Both the position numbers and the translations under genes were made by a program. 64,000 nucleotides of DNA, taken from positions 17,677-81,676 of the forward strand of contig PWON01000040.1 in the NCBI GenBank assembly GCA_003557385.1. Direction: 5' to 3'. Source of the DNA: Bacteroidales bacterium. GTDB lineage: Bacteria; Bacteroidota; Bacteroidia; Bacteroidales; UBA7960. This document shows positions 54,974 through 64,000 of the stretch, in pieces. Position 1 is the stretch's first letter. Each line of letters starts with the position of its first letter. Below the pieces are notes generated by a model that ran no database searches, was not told where the DNA came from, and worked only from the letters and a program-made list of their open reading frames with translations.

Positions 54974-56533
54974 TTATTTTTCATTCAACGCAATGATCTT
55001 TCTGAAAAACTGCCTTACCTGGAATACATTTTTCAGGCTATAATCGGCAGCAGTGTCCTGGCCCCGGTTCTCCACCAAAATACCCAGCCCTTTACCCTTC
55101 AGCGCTTTAAAAGCATCTTCATCCGTTACGTCATCACCGATAAAAACCGGTATATGATCCGGTTTTTTAGCCAAACCCAGGGCTTCATATATCCACAAAA
55201 CAGCCTTACCCTTATGCCAGTCGATGTCGGGTTTGATCTCCACCACCATTTTCCCTTCGCCGCTTTTCAGATTCTGGTATTTCTCCAGCATCTTTTCTAC
55301 CACCTCAAAAACAAAGGGAACATCTTTTTCTTCAGCATTCCTGTAATGAACGGCAATGGCATACCGTTTCCGGTCGATCTGAACTCCTGCGGCCTGTCCA
55401 TCCAGCAGGTCATGAAGGTCGTGTTCAACTTTGTCCATGGTTTGAATGATCTTTTCAGATTCTTCATGTTCCATATACAGACCTTCCGGGCCGGACGTTA
55501 CATATCCATGACTTCCCGAATAGATCAGGTTATCGAGCCGGATAAAATCACGGACATCCTCCTTGTCCCTTCCAGTCACTACAGCCACCGTAAAACACCC
55601 GGCAAGGTCTGACAATGTATCGCGCATTTCGTCTGAAATGACGGCATCTTCCGGATGCTGAACAATGGGTGTAAGGGTGCCATCATAATCAAGGAAGAAA
55701 ACCGGGGTTTTTTCTGCCAGCCTGTCAAATACATCAGCATCTGCTGAAAACACCATCGGTTTTGTATACCTGAAATAACCGGCAATATTCTCATCACCAA
55801 AAAGGTCAAATTCATCAAAGTCAGGGATGCATAAATCAGCCCCATGGCCAAGTAATTCCTCCCTGTTATCGAAACGGGCCAATCCAACCACCAGTCCGAA
55901 AAAACCATTCTGTCCGGCCTGTACTCCGGAAATGGCGTCTTCAAAAACAATGCTGCGCTCGGGCCGGGCACCGAGGGCCCTGGCTGCCTCCAGAAAGATA
56001 TCCGGATCCGGTTTCCCTTTAAGGTTGCGGTCAGCCGATACAAGACCGTCTACACGTACATCGAACAAAGCGGATATGCCGGCTTGTTCAATAATGGTTT
56101 TACAGTTTTTGCTTGACGATACAATGGCTGTTTTAATCCCTTTCCCGCGCCATTGTTCAATGCGTTTGACCGCCCCGTCATAGACCTTGACCCCTTCTTC
56201 TTTGATCAGGTCATTGAAAATGCGGTTTTTTTTGTTCCCCAGGGCGCAAATGGTATCGTTTCCGGGTTTGTCACCTTCGCTGCCGAAAGGCAGCTCAATA
56301 CCACGCGAAGACAAAAAACTTTTTATCCCATCGTACCGGGGTTTTCCGTCAATATACGCATCATAATCATCACTGCTCATCGAAGCTTCGCCTTTGGTTT
56401 CTTCAAAAAAACCATCAAACAAACGCCTCCATGCCTTTATGTGAAGCTCCCTGGTTTGAGTAATCACACCATCAAGGTCAAATATCAGGGCATCAAGGTC
56501 TTTGGGTTTCAATTTTTCCCGGCTACTGCTCAT
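54974..56533 (-). CDS. Fusion of a beta-phosphoglucomutase-type HAD hydrolase and a trehalose-6-phosphate-phosphatase-type HAD domain
   Basis: 519 aa. The N-terminal half has LIFDLDGVITQT, SSSKN, GKPDPDIFL and FEDAISGVQAG (beta-PGM). The C-terminal half has VFFLDYDGTLTPIV, SGSHG and IGDDVTDEDAF (T6PP). Confidence 0.8.
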   Translation of the reverse strand: MSSSREKLKPKDLDALIFDLDGVITQTRELHIKAWRRLFDGFFEETKGEASMSSDDYDAYIDGKPRYDGIKSFLSSRGIELPFGSEGDKPGNDTICALGNKKNRIFNDLIKEEGVKVYDGAVKRIEQWRGKGIKTAIVSSSKNCKTIIEQAGISALFDVRVDGLVSADRNLKGKPDPDIFLEAARALGARPERSIVFEDAISGVQAGQNGFFGLVVGLARFDNREELLGHGADLCIPDFDEFDLFGDENIAGYFRYTKPMVFSADADVFDRLAEKTPVFFLDYDGTLTPIVQHPEDAVISDEMRDTLSDLAGCFTVAVVTGRDKEDVRDFIRLDNLIYSGSHGYVTSGPEGLYMEHEESEKIIQTMDKVEHDLHDLLDGQAAGVQIDRKRYAIAVHYRNAEEKDVPFVFEVVEKMLEKYQNLKSGEGKMVVEIKPDIDWHKGKAVLWIYEALGLAKKPDHIPVFIGDDVTDEDAFKALKGKGLGILVENRGQDTAADYSLKNVFQVRQFFRKIIALNEK

Positions 56534-56777
56534 ATTGTCAACATTTTTTCAAACACTTTCAGGCAAAACATAATTTATGCCAATATGGGTTAGTGTTTGA
56601 ATGATAGGGTTATTTCTACAATATATGATGTTTTTGTCGAAAAACACGGTTTTTTTTGTGAAAACCAACCCCTTTGATGGGGAAAATATTTCACAGTATA
56701 TGTTTTTGGGGTTAATCAATAATCACTATTTTTAACGCCCGTAACCAAGTCCGTTCCATGATTAAACCATACACTCC

Positions 56778-59708
56778 ATGAATCGAACATGTATTCCCCT
56801 GCTGTTCCTGTTACTATTTTTCTCTATACCACAATCAAAAACCCAAACCGCACGGGTAGAGGGTCTGCGCGAAAACACCCCGGGGGTATTCGTGCTGGAA
56901 AATGCAAACATTGTTACAAGCCCCGGACACCTGCTGCAGGAGGCAAGTCTTGTGGTACGCAATGGTGTCATTACGGCACTGGGGCACAATGTAGAAATCC
57001 CGGCCGATGCCACCAAATTAGATTTGCAGGGGCGCATGATCTACCCGGGATTTATAGATATGTTTGCCACTTATGGCATACCCGAATACCAGCATGAGGG
57101 GCCTGTTTACTGGAATCCCCAGATCAGGAGCAATGTCAGCAGCGCCTTACTGTTCAACCCGGACAGAGAAAAAGCAGCAGTTTTGCGCAGCCAGGGTTTT
57201 GTAGCTGTCCACACGATGCCTGCATTGGGGCTTCTTGGCGGTAAATCAAGCATCGTCAGCCTGGGTGAAGGGGATGCAAGCAAGTTGATCATCCGACAGG
57301 ATGTGGCGCAGCATATGGCTTTCAGGCCTTCAGAGGCGCTCGGTTCGGGCTATCCCACATCAGCCATGGGTGCCATCGCCCTCATTCGCCAGTCTTTATA
57401 CGATGCAACATGGTATACGGAAGCCCACCATGCTTTCCAAATGAACCCTGTATCGAAGCGTCCTGAAACCAATAAGACGCTGGAAGCGCTTGCTTTTTCC
57501 AGACAACAATCGATGCCTTTTGTGGCCGAAGCAGAAAACGAACAATGGTTCTTGCGCGCAGCAGCTATTGCCGGCGAATTCGGACTGCCCTTGTGGATTA
57601 GAGGCAGCGGTCATGAATACCGGCGCCTGGGGACGATAAAAAAGACCGGCATGCCCATCATCCTGCCCCTGGCCTTTCCAGAAATGCCTGATGTAAATAC
57701 CCCGGAACAGGCCATCAATGTTTCTCTGGAAACACTCAGGCATTGGTACCTGGCCCCCGAAAATCCCGCCACGCTAACCGAAGCCGGCATGCAAGTCGCC
57801 TTCACGTGTCATGGCAGCGGAAAATCGTTTCTCAGCAACCTTAAAACTGCTGTTGAAAGGGGTCTTGACAAAACAGAAGCCCTGGCCGCCCTGACGACCA
57901 CGCCAGCAGCATTATTGGGTATTGACAAACATTACGGCACAATAGCCATAGGTAAGTCTGCCAGCTTTATCATCACCGACGATGATCTCTTTGCAAACCA
58001 TACAAAAATAGAGGAAGTATGGGTAGACGGTCAACGCTTTGATTTACTGGCCGGACAAGAAGAAGCAAGGGGGCAGTGGACAGTTTTATCAGGGAAAAGC
58101 CTTGAAGGGGCAAGGTTTGAAATCAGAGGCAGTGCCGGAAGCCTTCGCGGAAGCATACATCACAACGACCAACAGGTCAGGCTTACAAGAGCAAGGTATG
58201 ACGGGCAGCGACTCCACATAATATTCACAGGCGACTCCGTGGGTTTATCCGGAGTGTACAGGTTGTCGGCCAACTTGAGTGAGAACGAACTTCTGGGTGC
58301 AGGTGAGTTAAGCACAGGTGAATTCTTTACCTGGAAGGCATCCAGGACCCGGCCCCATGCAGAAGAAAGAGACAGATCCGAAAAACAATTGAAGCCCCTG
58401 GAACTGCCTGTGCGTTTTCCGTCCATGGAGTACGGCGTTTCCCGTATGCCCGAACAACCTGATCATGTGCTGGTCCGCAACGCAACCATTTGGACTCAGG
58501 GGCCCGGGGGCATCATGGAAAATGCTGATCTACTGGTCAGCAAGGGAAAAATTGCCCGGGTGGGCTACAATATATCTGCACCACGCCGTGCCATGATCAT
58601 TGATGCCAGTGGATTGCACCTTACCCCCGGACTGATAGACCCGCATATTCATGCCGGCATTGCGGGGGGGGTAAATGAAACCGGCGATGCCATCACTTCA
58701 GAAACACGCATTGCAGATGTGATGCATGGCGACAATGTCTGGATTTATCGCCTGCTTGCGGGGGGCATTACTTCTGCCACACTTTTTCACGGCTCAGCAA
58801 ATCCCATCGGCGGCCAGAGTGCAGTGATCAAAATGCGCTGGGGACATTTGCCCGGCGCTTTGCTGATTGAAGATGCCACCCCGGGATTAAAAATGGCCCT
58901 GGGAGAGAATGTAAAGCGCATGTCTGAACGTTATCCAAGCAGCAGGCAGGGCACAGAACAGATCATGAAAGATGCATTTCAAGCCGCCCTCGAATACCAG
59001 ACTGCCTGGAACAATTTCAATCAACATGCCGGGGTGATTCCTCCACGCCGCGATTTGCAGCTTGAGCCCATACTCGAAGTGATCAATGGCCAACGTGGTG
59101 CCCATGTCCATGCCTATCGTCAGGACGAGATGCTTATGATGCTCAGGTTGGCGGAAGAATACGGCTTTACCATAGCTTCTTTTGAACATACCCTTGAGGG
59201 ATATAAAATTGCCGATGAACTTCGCGAACACGGTGCCGGGGCTGTTGTATGGACTGACTGGTCCTCATTTAAGGTAGAGGCTTACGATGGTATTTTGTAC
59301 AACGCCAGGCTGTTAAATGAAGTCGGGGTGCTTACTTCATTGCATTCAGACAATACCCAGTTGTCGACCCGAATGAACTGGGAGGCTGCTAAAACTTTAA
59401 TGACAGGGGTTTCTGAAGAAGAAGCCATGAACTTCATTACACTGAATCCGGCGAAAATCATGGGGATTGACCACCGGACGGGTTCTATTGAAGTGGGAAA
59501 AGATGCTGACTTTGTCATATGGAACGGCCATCCCATGTCGGCATTTACTACCGCAGAACAAACCTGGGTGGACGGCATAAAATATTTTGACCGCGATGAA
59601 GACACCCGGCTACAGGAAGAGATGATACAGGAAAGGGCGCTTATCATAGGCAGGATACTTGAATTGTCGCGCAGGCAAACAATGCAAAATATGCGTGAAA
59701 GAAATTAA
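56778..59708 (+). CDS. Secreted double-domain amidohydrolase family protein
   Basis: 976 aa with a signal peptide. Two amidohydrolase-type units are present (PGFIDMF..., then PGLIDPHIHAG), and a C-terminal motif GSIEVGKDADFVIW. Confidence 0.8.
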   Translation: MNRTCIPLLFLLLFFSIPQSKTQTARVEGLRENTPGVFVLENANIVTSPGHLLQEASLVVRNGVITALGHNVEIPADATKLDLQGRMIYPGFIDMFATYGIPEYQHEGPVYWNPQIRSNVSSALLFNPDREKAAVLRSQGFVAVHTMPALGLLGGKSSIVSLGEGDASKLIIRQDVAQHMAFRPSEALGSGYPTSAMGAIALIRQSLYDATWYTEAHHAFQMNPVSKRPETNKTLEALAFSRQQSMPFVAEAENEQWFLRAAAIAGEFGLPLWIRGSGHEYRRLGTIKKTGMPIILPLAFPEMPDVNTPEQAINVSLETLRHWYLAPENPATLTEAGMQVAFTCHGSGKSFLSNLKTAVERGLDKTEALAALTTTPAALLGIDKHYGTIAIGKSASFIITDDDLFANHTKIEEVWVDGQRFDLLAGQEEARGQWTVLSGKSLEGARFEIRGSAGSLRGSIHHNDQQVRLTRARYDGQRLHIIFTGDSVGLSGVYRLSANLSENELLGAGELSTGEFFTWKASRTRPHAEERDRSEKQLKPLELPVRFPSMEYGVSRMPEQPDHVLVRNATIWTQGPGGIMENADLLVSKGKIARVGYNISAPRRAMIIDASGLHLTPGLIDPHIHAGIAGGVNETGDAITSETRIADVMHGDNVWIYRLLAGGITSATLFHGSANPIGGQSAVIKMRWGHLPGALLIEDATPGLKMALGENVKRMSERYPSSRQGTEQIMKDAFQAALEYQTAWNNFNQHAGVIPPRRDLQLEPILEVINGQRGAHVHAYRQDEMLMMLRLAEEYGFTIASFEHTLEGYKIADELREHGAGAVVWTDWSSFKVEAYDGILYNARLLNEVGVLTSLHSDNTQLSTRMNWEAAKTLMTGVSEEEAMNFITLNPAKIMGIDHRTGSIEVGKDADFVIWNGHPMSAFTTAEQTWVDGIKYFDRDEDTRLQEEMIQERALIIGRILELSRRQTMQNMRERN

Positions 59709-59753
59709 TTGGAACATTCATCAGGTATTGAAACAAATCAAAACATCGTCAAC

Positions 59754-61082
59754 ATGATTTCAGGAAGCAGATTCAGGACAATCTTTGAGGAATCAAATAA
59801 AATAATCTTTTTGTCTATCCTTGCATGCAGTTTGGGGATATTAACAAATATTCAGGCCATTGCACAACCACCTGCTCCGCCCCAGCAAGGTCCTGTCGCA
59901 ATAACCGGTGCAACCATCCATACGGTCACTGAAGGTGTCATTGAGGGTGGCGCAGTGTTGTTTGAGAACGGGTTAATCACGGCCACCGGGATCGGCATTG
60001 ACATTCCAACAAACGCTGAAATCATTGATGCCACAGGCAAACATGTTTACCCAGGCTTTATTCACAGCCAAACCACCCTCGGACTGATGGAAATTGCCCG
60101 CATCCAGGAAAGCACTGATCTGCAGGAGACCGGACAGATCAACCCAAACATCAGGGCGCAGGTGGCTTTTCATCCCGCAAGCGAACATCTCGCAGTAGCG
60201 GCAGTACATGGTGTAACCACCGTGGTTCCCGCGCCCCGGGGCAGCCTCATTGCAGGGAGGCTTGCAGCCATGATGACTGACGGATGGACCTGGGAAGAGA
60301 TGACTGTAAGGGAAGGTCTGGGCATGGTGGTTGAGTGGCCGGCAATGCGCAACACCGAATCTTACCTGAAAGATATACGTTTACTTCAGGAAGCTTTTGA
60401 TAAAGCACGCAGGTACAAGGTGGCCAGGCAGGCAATGAAAGATGGTGCAGGCGTGCATCATCCCCACGACATAAAGTGGGAGTCCCTGATACCTGTGTTA
60501 ACCGGCGAAATGCCAGTATTTATTTCCGTGGGAGAGATCAAACAAATACAGGCAGCCATTGCATGGGCAGAAAAAGAAGGGTTACAGACCGTTTTGGTGG
60601 GCAACAGGGATATGGGGCTTGTTGCCGGTCAATTGGCGGAAAAGGGGATCCCGGTTATTCTTACCGGAGTGATTGCCGGTCCGGCCAGGCAGTGGGAAGG
60701 TTATGGTCAGGCCTATAAAACTCCTTTGCAATTGTTTGAAGCCGGGGTAGATTTTTGTATTGCCGGCGATATGGGTGCTGCCAGTGCTTACAGGATCCAT
60801 CACCATGCCTCATCGGCCGTGGCTTTCGGTTTGCCGGAGGAAGAAGCCCTCAGGTCCATTACAATCCGTGCTGCCAGGATCCTTGGAATAGATGATTTGG
60901 TTGGAAGCATTGAGCCCGGGAAAGAAGCCACCCTGATGATTACCGATGGCAATGCTTTGGAGTTATGGACCAGAAAAGAAATGGTTTTTATTCGCGGGCG
61001 ACAGATTGAAATGAGAGACAAACATTTGCGTTTGTATGAGCAATACATGGAGAAGCACCGGCAAAAACAAATGCCTGAATAG
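59754..61082 (+). CDS. Secreted amidohydrolase family protein (partner of the preceding gene)
   Basis: The ORF track starts at a TTG (59709); the first ATG is at 59754. It has a signal peptide and the motifs PGFIHSQT and GSIEPGKEATLMI. Confidence 0.75.
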   Translation: MISGSRFRTIFEESNKIIFLSILACSLGILTNIQAIAQPPAPPQQGPVAITGATIHTVTEGVIEGGAVLFENGLITATGIGIDIPTNAEIIDATGKHVYPGFIHSQTTLGLMEIARIQESTDLQETGQINPNIRAQVAFHPASEHLAVAAVHGVTTVVPAPRGSLIAGRLAAMMTDGWTWEEMTVREGLGMVVEWPAMRNTESYLKDIRLLQEAFDKARRYKVARQAMKDGAGVHHPHDIKWESLIPVLTGEMPVFISVGEIKQIQAAIAWAEKEGLQTVLVGNRDMGLVAGQLAEKGIPVILTGVIAGPARQWEGYGQAYKTPLQLFEAGVDFCIAGDMGAASAYRIHHHASSAVAFGLPEEEALRSITIRAARILGIDDLVGSIEPGKEATLMITDGNALELWTRKEMVFIRGRQIEMRDKHLRLYEQYMEKHRQKQMPE

Positions 61083-61183
61083 TTTTAAAAATCATTTTTT
61101 TTTCTTATTTTTCCGGAAAATCCCAAGAGCCGGCAAAAGTTAACTGAACACCGGTTATTTTTTAATTACAAAAAAAAGACGTC

Positions 61184-61609
61184 ATGAAAAGTCATTACAA
61201 ATTTCATCAAAGAACCCTTACCATGCTGGGCATCTTCATCCTGGCTTTATTTCTCTGGTCATGTGGTGACGGACAAAGGCAGGCCCAGGAAAAAAAGCTA
61301 AAAGAGGTCAAGGAAGATACTGAATTACAAATCAGGCAATTGAGAAATGACATACAGGAACGCATTAAATACCTGGATGAACAAATCGAAGAAGCAAGCG
61401 GTGAACTTGAGGAAGAACTTGAAGAAGCCCGTGCGGAATTGAAAAAACAAATTGAACTGATAGACAAAGAGATGGAAAACGTAAAGGATGCAACCCTGGA
61501 AACCTGGGAGTCTGTCAGACAAGGGGTACAGCAATCTTACCAGGAAGCACGAAAAAAGACCAATGAAGCCTCAAAAAAGGTTCGCGAGTTACTTGAAGAT
61601 ATTGAATAA
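61184..61609 (+). CDS. Coiled-coil lipoprotein, function unknown
   Basis: 141 aa with a lipobox (ALFLWSCG). The remainder is a highly charged E/K-rich heptad-like helix. Confidence 0.6.
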   Translation: MKSHYKFHQRTLTMLGIFILALFLWSCGDGQRQAQEKKLKEVKEDTELQIRQLRNDIQERIKYLDEQIEEASGELEEELEEARAELKKQIELIDKEMENVKDATLETWESVRQGVQQSYQEARKKTNEASKKVRELLEDIE

Positions 61610-61646
61610 ATATGTTAACAGCCCGTAACGGGGCAAATTCATATAC

Positions 61647-61681
61647 AGCCCGGTCCTGATTATGGTCCGGGCTTTTGTTTT
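61647..61681 (+). terminator. Rho-independent terminator after the lipoprotein gene
   Basis: The stem AGCCCGG(TCC)...(GGT)CCGGGCT is followed by TTTTGTTTT and lies 38 nt after the stop codon. Confidence 0.6.
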
Positions 61682-61725
61682 GAATAAACCAAAGGTTTTA
61701 TAGTGAATAATTGATCTGATTTTTT

Positions 61726-61733
61726 TACTTTTG
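61726..61733 (+). promoter_or_regulatory. Putative -7 promoter box for feoAB
   Basis: TACTTTTG matches TAnnTTTG, 50 nt upstream of the ATG at 61783. Confidence 0.35.
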
Positions 61734-61782
61734 CACTGTCTTAATTCAATCTTAATAAAAACAATACACAGCCAGGCTCCAC

Positions 61783-64000
61783 ATGACGCTATTTGATCTA
61801 CAGAACGGAGAAAGTGGTATTATAACCAAGGTAAAAGGGCGGGGCGGTTTCCGCCGCAGGATCATTGAAATGGGATTTGTGGTTGGGAAAACCGTACAGG
61901 TAATCAAAAAAGCCCCCTTGCGCGACCCGATAGAATATAGCGTCATGGGTTATAATGTTTCGCTGCGTCGCAATGAATCCCGTCTGATAGAAGTGATCCC
62001 GGAAAAAGATTTCCGGCCCTCAAAAGAACAATTCTTTGAGGGTGTTTTTTTTACCGAAAAAGCCGCTTCGTTCAGAAAACCTGGCAACACCATCAATGTA
62101 GCCCTGGTTGGGAATCCCAATAGCAGCAAAACAACATTCTTCAACCATGCATCCGGTTCGCGTGAACGCGTTGGCAATTACAGCGGGGTTACTGTAGAAG
62201 CCAAGGAAGCCCGGTACGATCTGAAGGGTTACAGGTTTAACATCACAGACCTTCCCGGCACCTATTCCATATCGGCGTATACACCCGAAGAGATATTTGT
62301 GCGTGACTTCATTACGGAGAAAATTCCCGACGTGGTGATCAATATTGTGGATGCATCCAACCTTGAGCGCAATCTTTATTTGACCACACAACTAATTGAC
62401 ATGGATATCCGTGTGGTCATGGTTCTCAATATGTATGATGAGATGCAGGCCAAAGGGGATGTCCTGGATTATGAAAGCCTGGGGAGAATGATTGGTGTTC
62501 CGATTGTTCCGGCCGTCAGCCACAAAGGCAAGGGAATCACAGACGTATTCAGCAAAGTGATCGAAGTATATGAAGACAGGGATGAAGTGGTGAGGCACAT
62601 CCACATCAATCATGGTGTATTGGTTGAGGATTCATTGAAAAAAATCCAGGAACTGATCAGGAAAGAGGGCAATGAACACCTTACAGATTTGATTTCCAGC
62701 CGTTTTCTGGCCATCAAGCTGTTAGAAAATGACAAGGAGGCGTTACGCAGGATACGTGAACAATGCCACAATCATGATGAGATTATTGCCACAGCAGTTC
62801 AGGAAACAGAAAAACTGGAGCGCGAATTCGGGGAGCCTTCGGAATCGGCCATCACCGACCTGAAATATGGTTTTATTTCCGGAGCACTCAAGGAAACGCT
62901 GCAGCCGGGCGATGCAGAAAAAAGAAAAGCCGGTGAGATCATTGATGCATTTTTGACACACAAACTTTTTGGCTTTCCCATTTTTCTGTTTTTCATGTGG
63001 ATCATGTTTTCCGTGACATTTATCCTGGGAAGTTATCCCATGGACTGGATTGAAGCAGGCGTGGAAAGCCTGGGGGGCTTCCTGGACGCCAACATGCAGG
63101 CAGGCCCTTTCAAAGACCTGTTGATTAATGGTGTAGTAAGCGGAGTGGGAGGAGTTATTGTATTTCTGCCCAACATCATGATCCTGTTCTTTTTCATCAG
63201 CCTGATGGAGGACACGGGCTATATGTCGCGCGCTGTATTTATCATGGACAAACTCATGCATAAAATCGGCCTGCATGGTAAATCATTTATCCCTTTACTG
63301 ATGGGCTTTGGATGTAACGTTCCGGCCATCATGGCCACCCGTACACTGGCAAGTCGAAATGACCGCATGTTAACCATGCTCATCAATCCATTCATCTCAT
63401 GCAGTGCCCGATTACCCATATACGTTCTCTTTATTTCTGCATTTTTTGTGAATTACCAGGGCACCATGCTATTTTTAATCTATGCCACAGGGATCCTTGT
63501 GGCTGTCGGGATGGCTTTGTTGTTTAAAAAAACCCTGTTCCGCACCGAAGAAGCCCCATTTGTTATGGAACTTCCGCCCTACCGGATCCCCACCATGAAA
63601 GCCATCACCATTCATATGTGGAGCAAAGCCGTGCATTACCTGAAAAAGATCAGCGGCATCATCCTGGTGGCATCCATCATTATTTGGGCACTGGGCTATT
63701 TCCCAAATGGAAGCAATTACACCCATGTTGTAGAAGAGAAAATTTCAGCCATTGAAAACGAATTTGACCGGCGCAAAGAGATGCTGGATGTCAAAAACCA
63801 AAACAACCTCAAGCAACTTGAGTATGAAAAAGATATTGCCATCCGGAACATGGAAACAACCCTTTATATGGAACGGCAGGAAAACAGCTACATTGGGAAA
63901 CTGGGCAAAACCATTCAACCCTTTATGGCACCCCTGGGCTTTGATTGGAAAATGACCATCAGCATATTATCCGGGGTGGCGGCAAAAGAAATCGTGGTAA
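61783..64000 (+). CDS. feoB: Ferrous iron transporter, FeoA-FeoB fusion (3' end beyond the window)
   Basis: Hand translation from the ATG at 61783 gives MTLFDLQNGESGIITKVKGRGGFRRRIIEMGFVVGKTVQVI (FeoA SH3-like). The FeoB G-domain follows (INVALVGNPNSSKTTFFN, DLPGTYS), then the membrane domain (FLPNIMILFFFISLMEDTGYM). The frame stays open to position 64000. It is missing from the ORF track because it has no stop inside the window. Confidence 0.9.
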   Translation, partial: MTLFDLQNGESGIITKVKGRGGFRRRIIEMGFVVGKTVQVIKKAPLRDPIEYSVMGYNVSLRRNESRLIEVIPEKDFRPSKEQFFEGVFFTEKAASFRKPGNTINVALVGNPNSSKTTFFNHASGSRERVGNYSGVTVEAKEARYDLKGYRFNITDLPGTYSISAYTPEEIFVRDFITEKIPDVVINIVDASNLERNLYLTTQLIDMDIRVVMVLNMYDEMQAKGDVLDYESLGRMIGVPIVPAVSHKGKGITDVFSKVIEVYEDRDEVVRHIHINHGVLVEDSLKKIQELIRKEGNEHLTDLISSRFLAIKLLENDKEALRRIREQCHNHDEIIATAVQETEKLEREFGEPSESAITDLKYGFISGALKETLQPGDAEKRKAGEIIDAFLTHKLFGFPIFLFFMWIMFSVTFILGSYPMDWIEAGVESLGGFLDANMQAGPFKDLLINGVVSGVGGVIVFLPNIMILFFFISLMEDTGYMSRAVFIMDKLMHKIGLHGKSFIPLLMGFGCNVPAIMATRTLASRNDRMLTMLINPFISCSARLPIYVLFISAFFVNYQGTMLFLIYATGILVAVGMALLFKKTLFRTEEAPFVMELPPYRIPTMKAITIHMWSKAVHYLKKISGIILVASIIIWALGYFPNGSNYTHVVEEKISAIENEFDRRKEMLDVKNQNNLKQLEYEKDIAIRNMETTLYMERQENSYIGKLGKTIQPFMAPLGFDWKMTISILSGVAAKEIVV

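Noticed and set aside
53865-55612. Plus-strand ORFs of 262 aa and 240 aa opposite the GH65 and beta-PGM fusion genes
   Set aside because: Shadow ORFs with atypical composition; the minus-strand genes are unambiguous.
56629-56658. TGTTTTT-GTCG-AAAAACA hairpin followed by CGGTTTTTTTTG in the divergent spacer before the amidohydrolase gene, as a leader attenuator or terminator
   Set aside because: The stem is entirely A/T-rich and weak. No upstream plus-strand gene exists to terminate, and no promoter box could be placed ahead of it.
1-64000. Mobile elements, prophage, defence islands, CRISPR, tRNA or rRNA genes
   Set aside because: I saw no integrase, transposase or recombinase motifs, no terminal inverted repeats or direct-repeat arrays other than the octamer, and no tRNA-like T-arm signatures in the few spacers longer than 100 bp. 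Composition appears uniform by eye.

Overview
A 64-kb chromosomal segment that looks like a Bacteroidota genome. Four proteins end in T9SS-type C-terminal sorting domains, several genes sit behind TAnnTTTG -7 promoter boxes, and the surE-lpxB and rsmG-recA housekeeping blocks are present. About 50 tightly packed genes are visible, many joined by ATGA start/stop overlaps. I found no rRNA, tRNA, CRISPR array, IS element, integrase or prophage. Left to right the content is: a tricorn protease fragment and an M28 peptidase; a dmsABC-type molybdoenzyme operon with a membrane/P-loop fusion gene and mobA; peptidases; recA and rsmG; cell-wall and envelope genes (glucosaminidase-LysM, LysO, ComEC, lpxB, surE); then the stand-out locus at 21.1-35.5 kb. 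After it come maf, kdsC and ccsBA, an S8 peptidase interrupted by one in-frame TAA, holA, an internally deleted EVE gene, cvpA, a PLP decarboxylase, a DUF3127 protein with an SSB-like tail, an orphan 203-aa protein, MscS, an aldehyde dehydrogenase, a three-gene trehalose operon built from fusion enzymes, two amidohydrolases, a coiled-coil lipoprotein and a feoAB fusion that runs off the right edge. The stand-out locus is a compact module of an orphan HlyD-like adaptor, a VTC (polyphosphate-polymerase-like tunnel) protein, a DUF4956 membrane protein and three giant paralogous secreted CotH-kinase proteins. Together the three CotH proteins carry five copies of an unassigned ~170-aa module. I know of no experimentally defined function for this gene combination, and I propose it as a candidate cell-surface phosphorylation or polyphosphate system. 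All calls rest on hand translation and motif recognition; no database search was possible.
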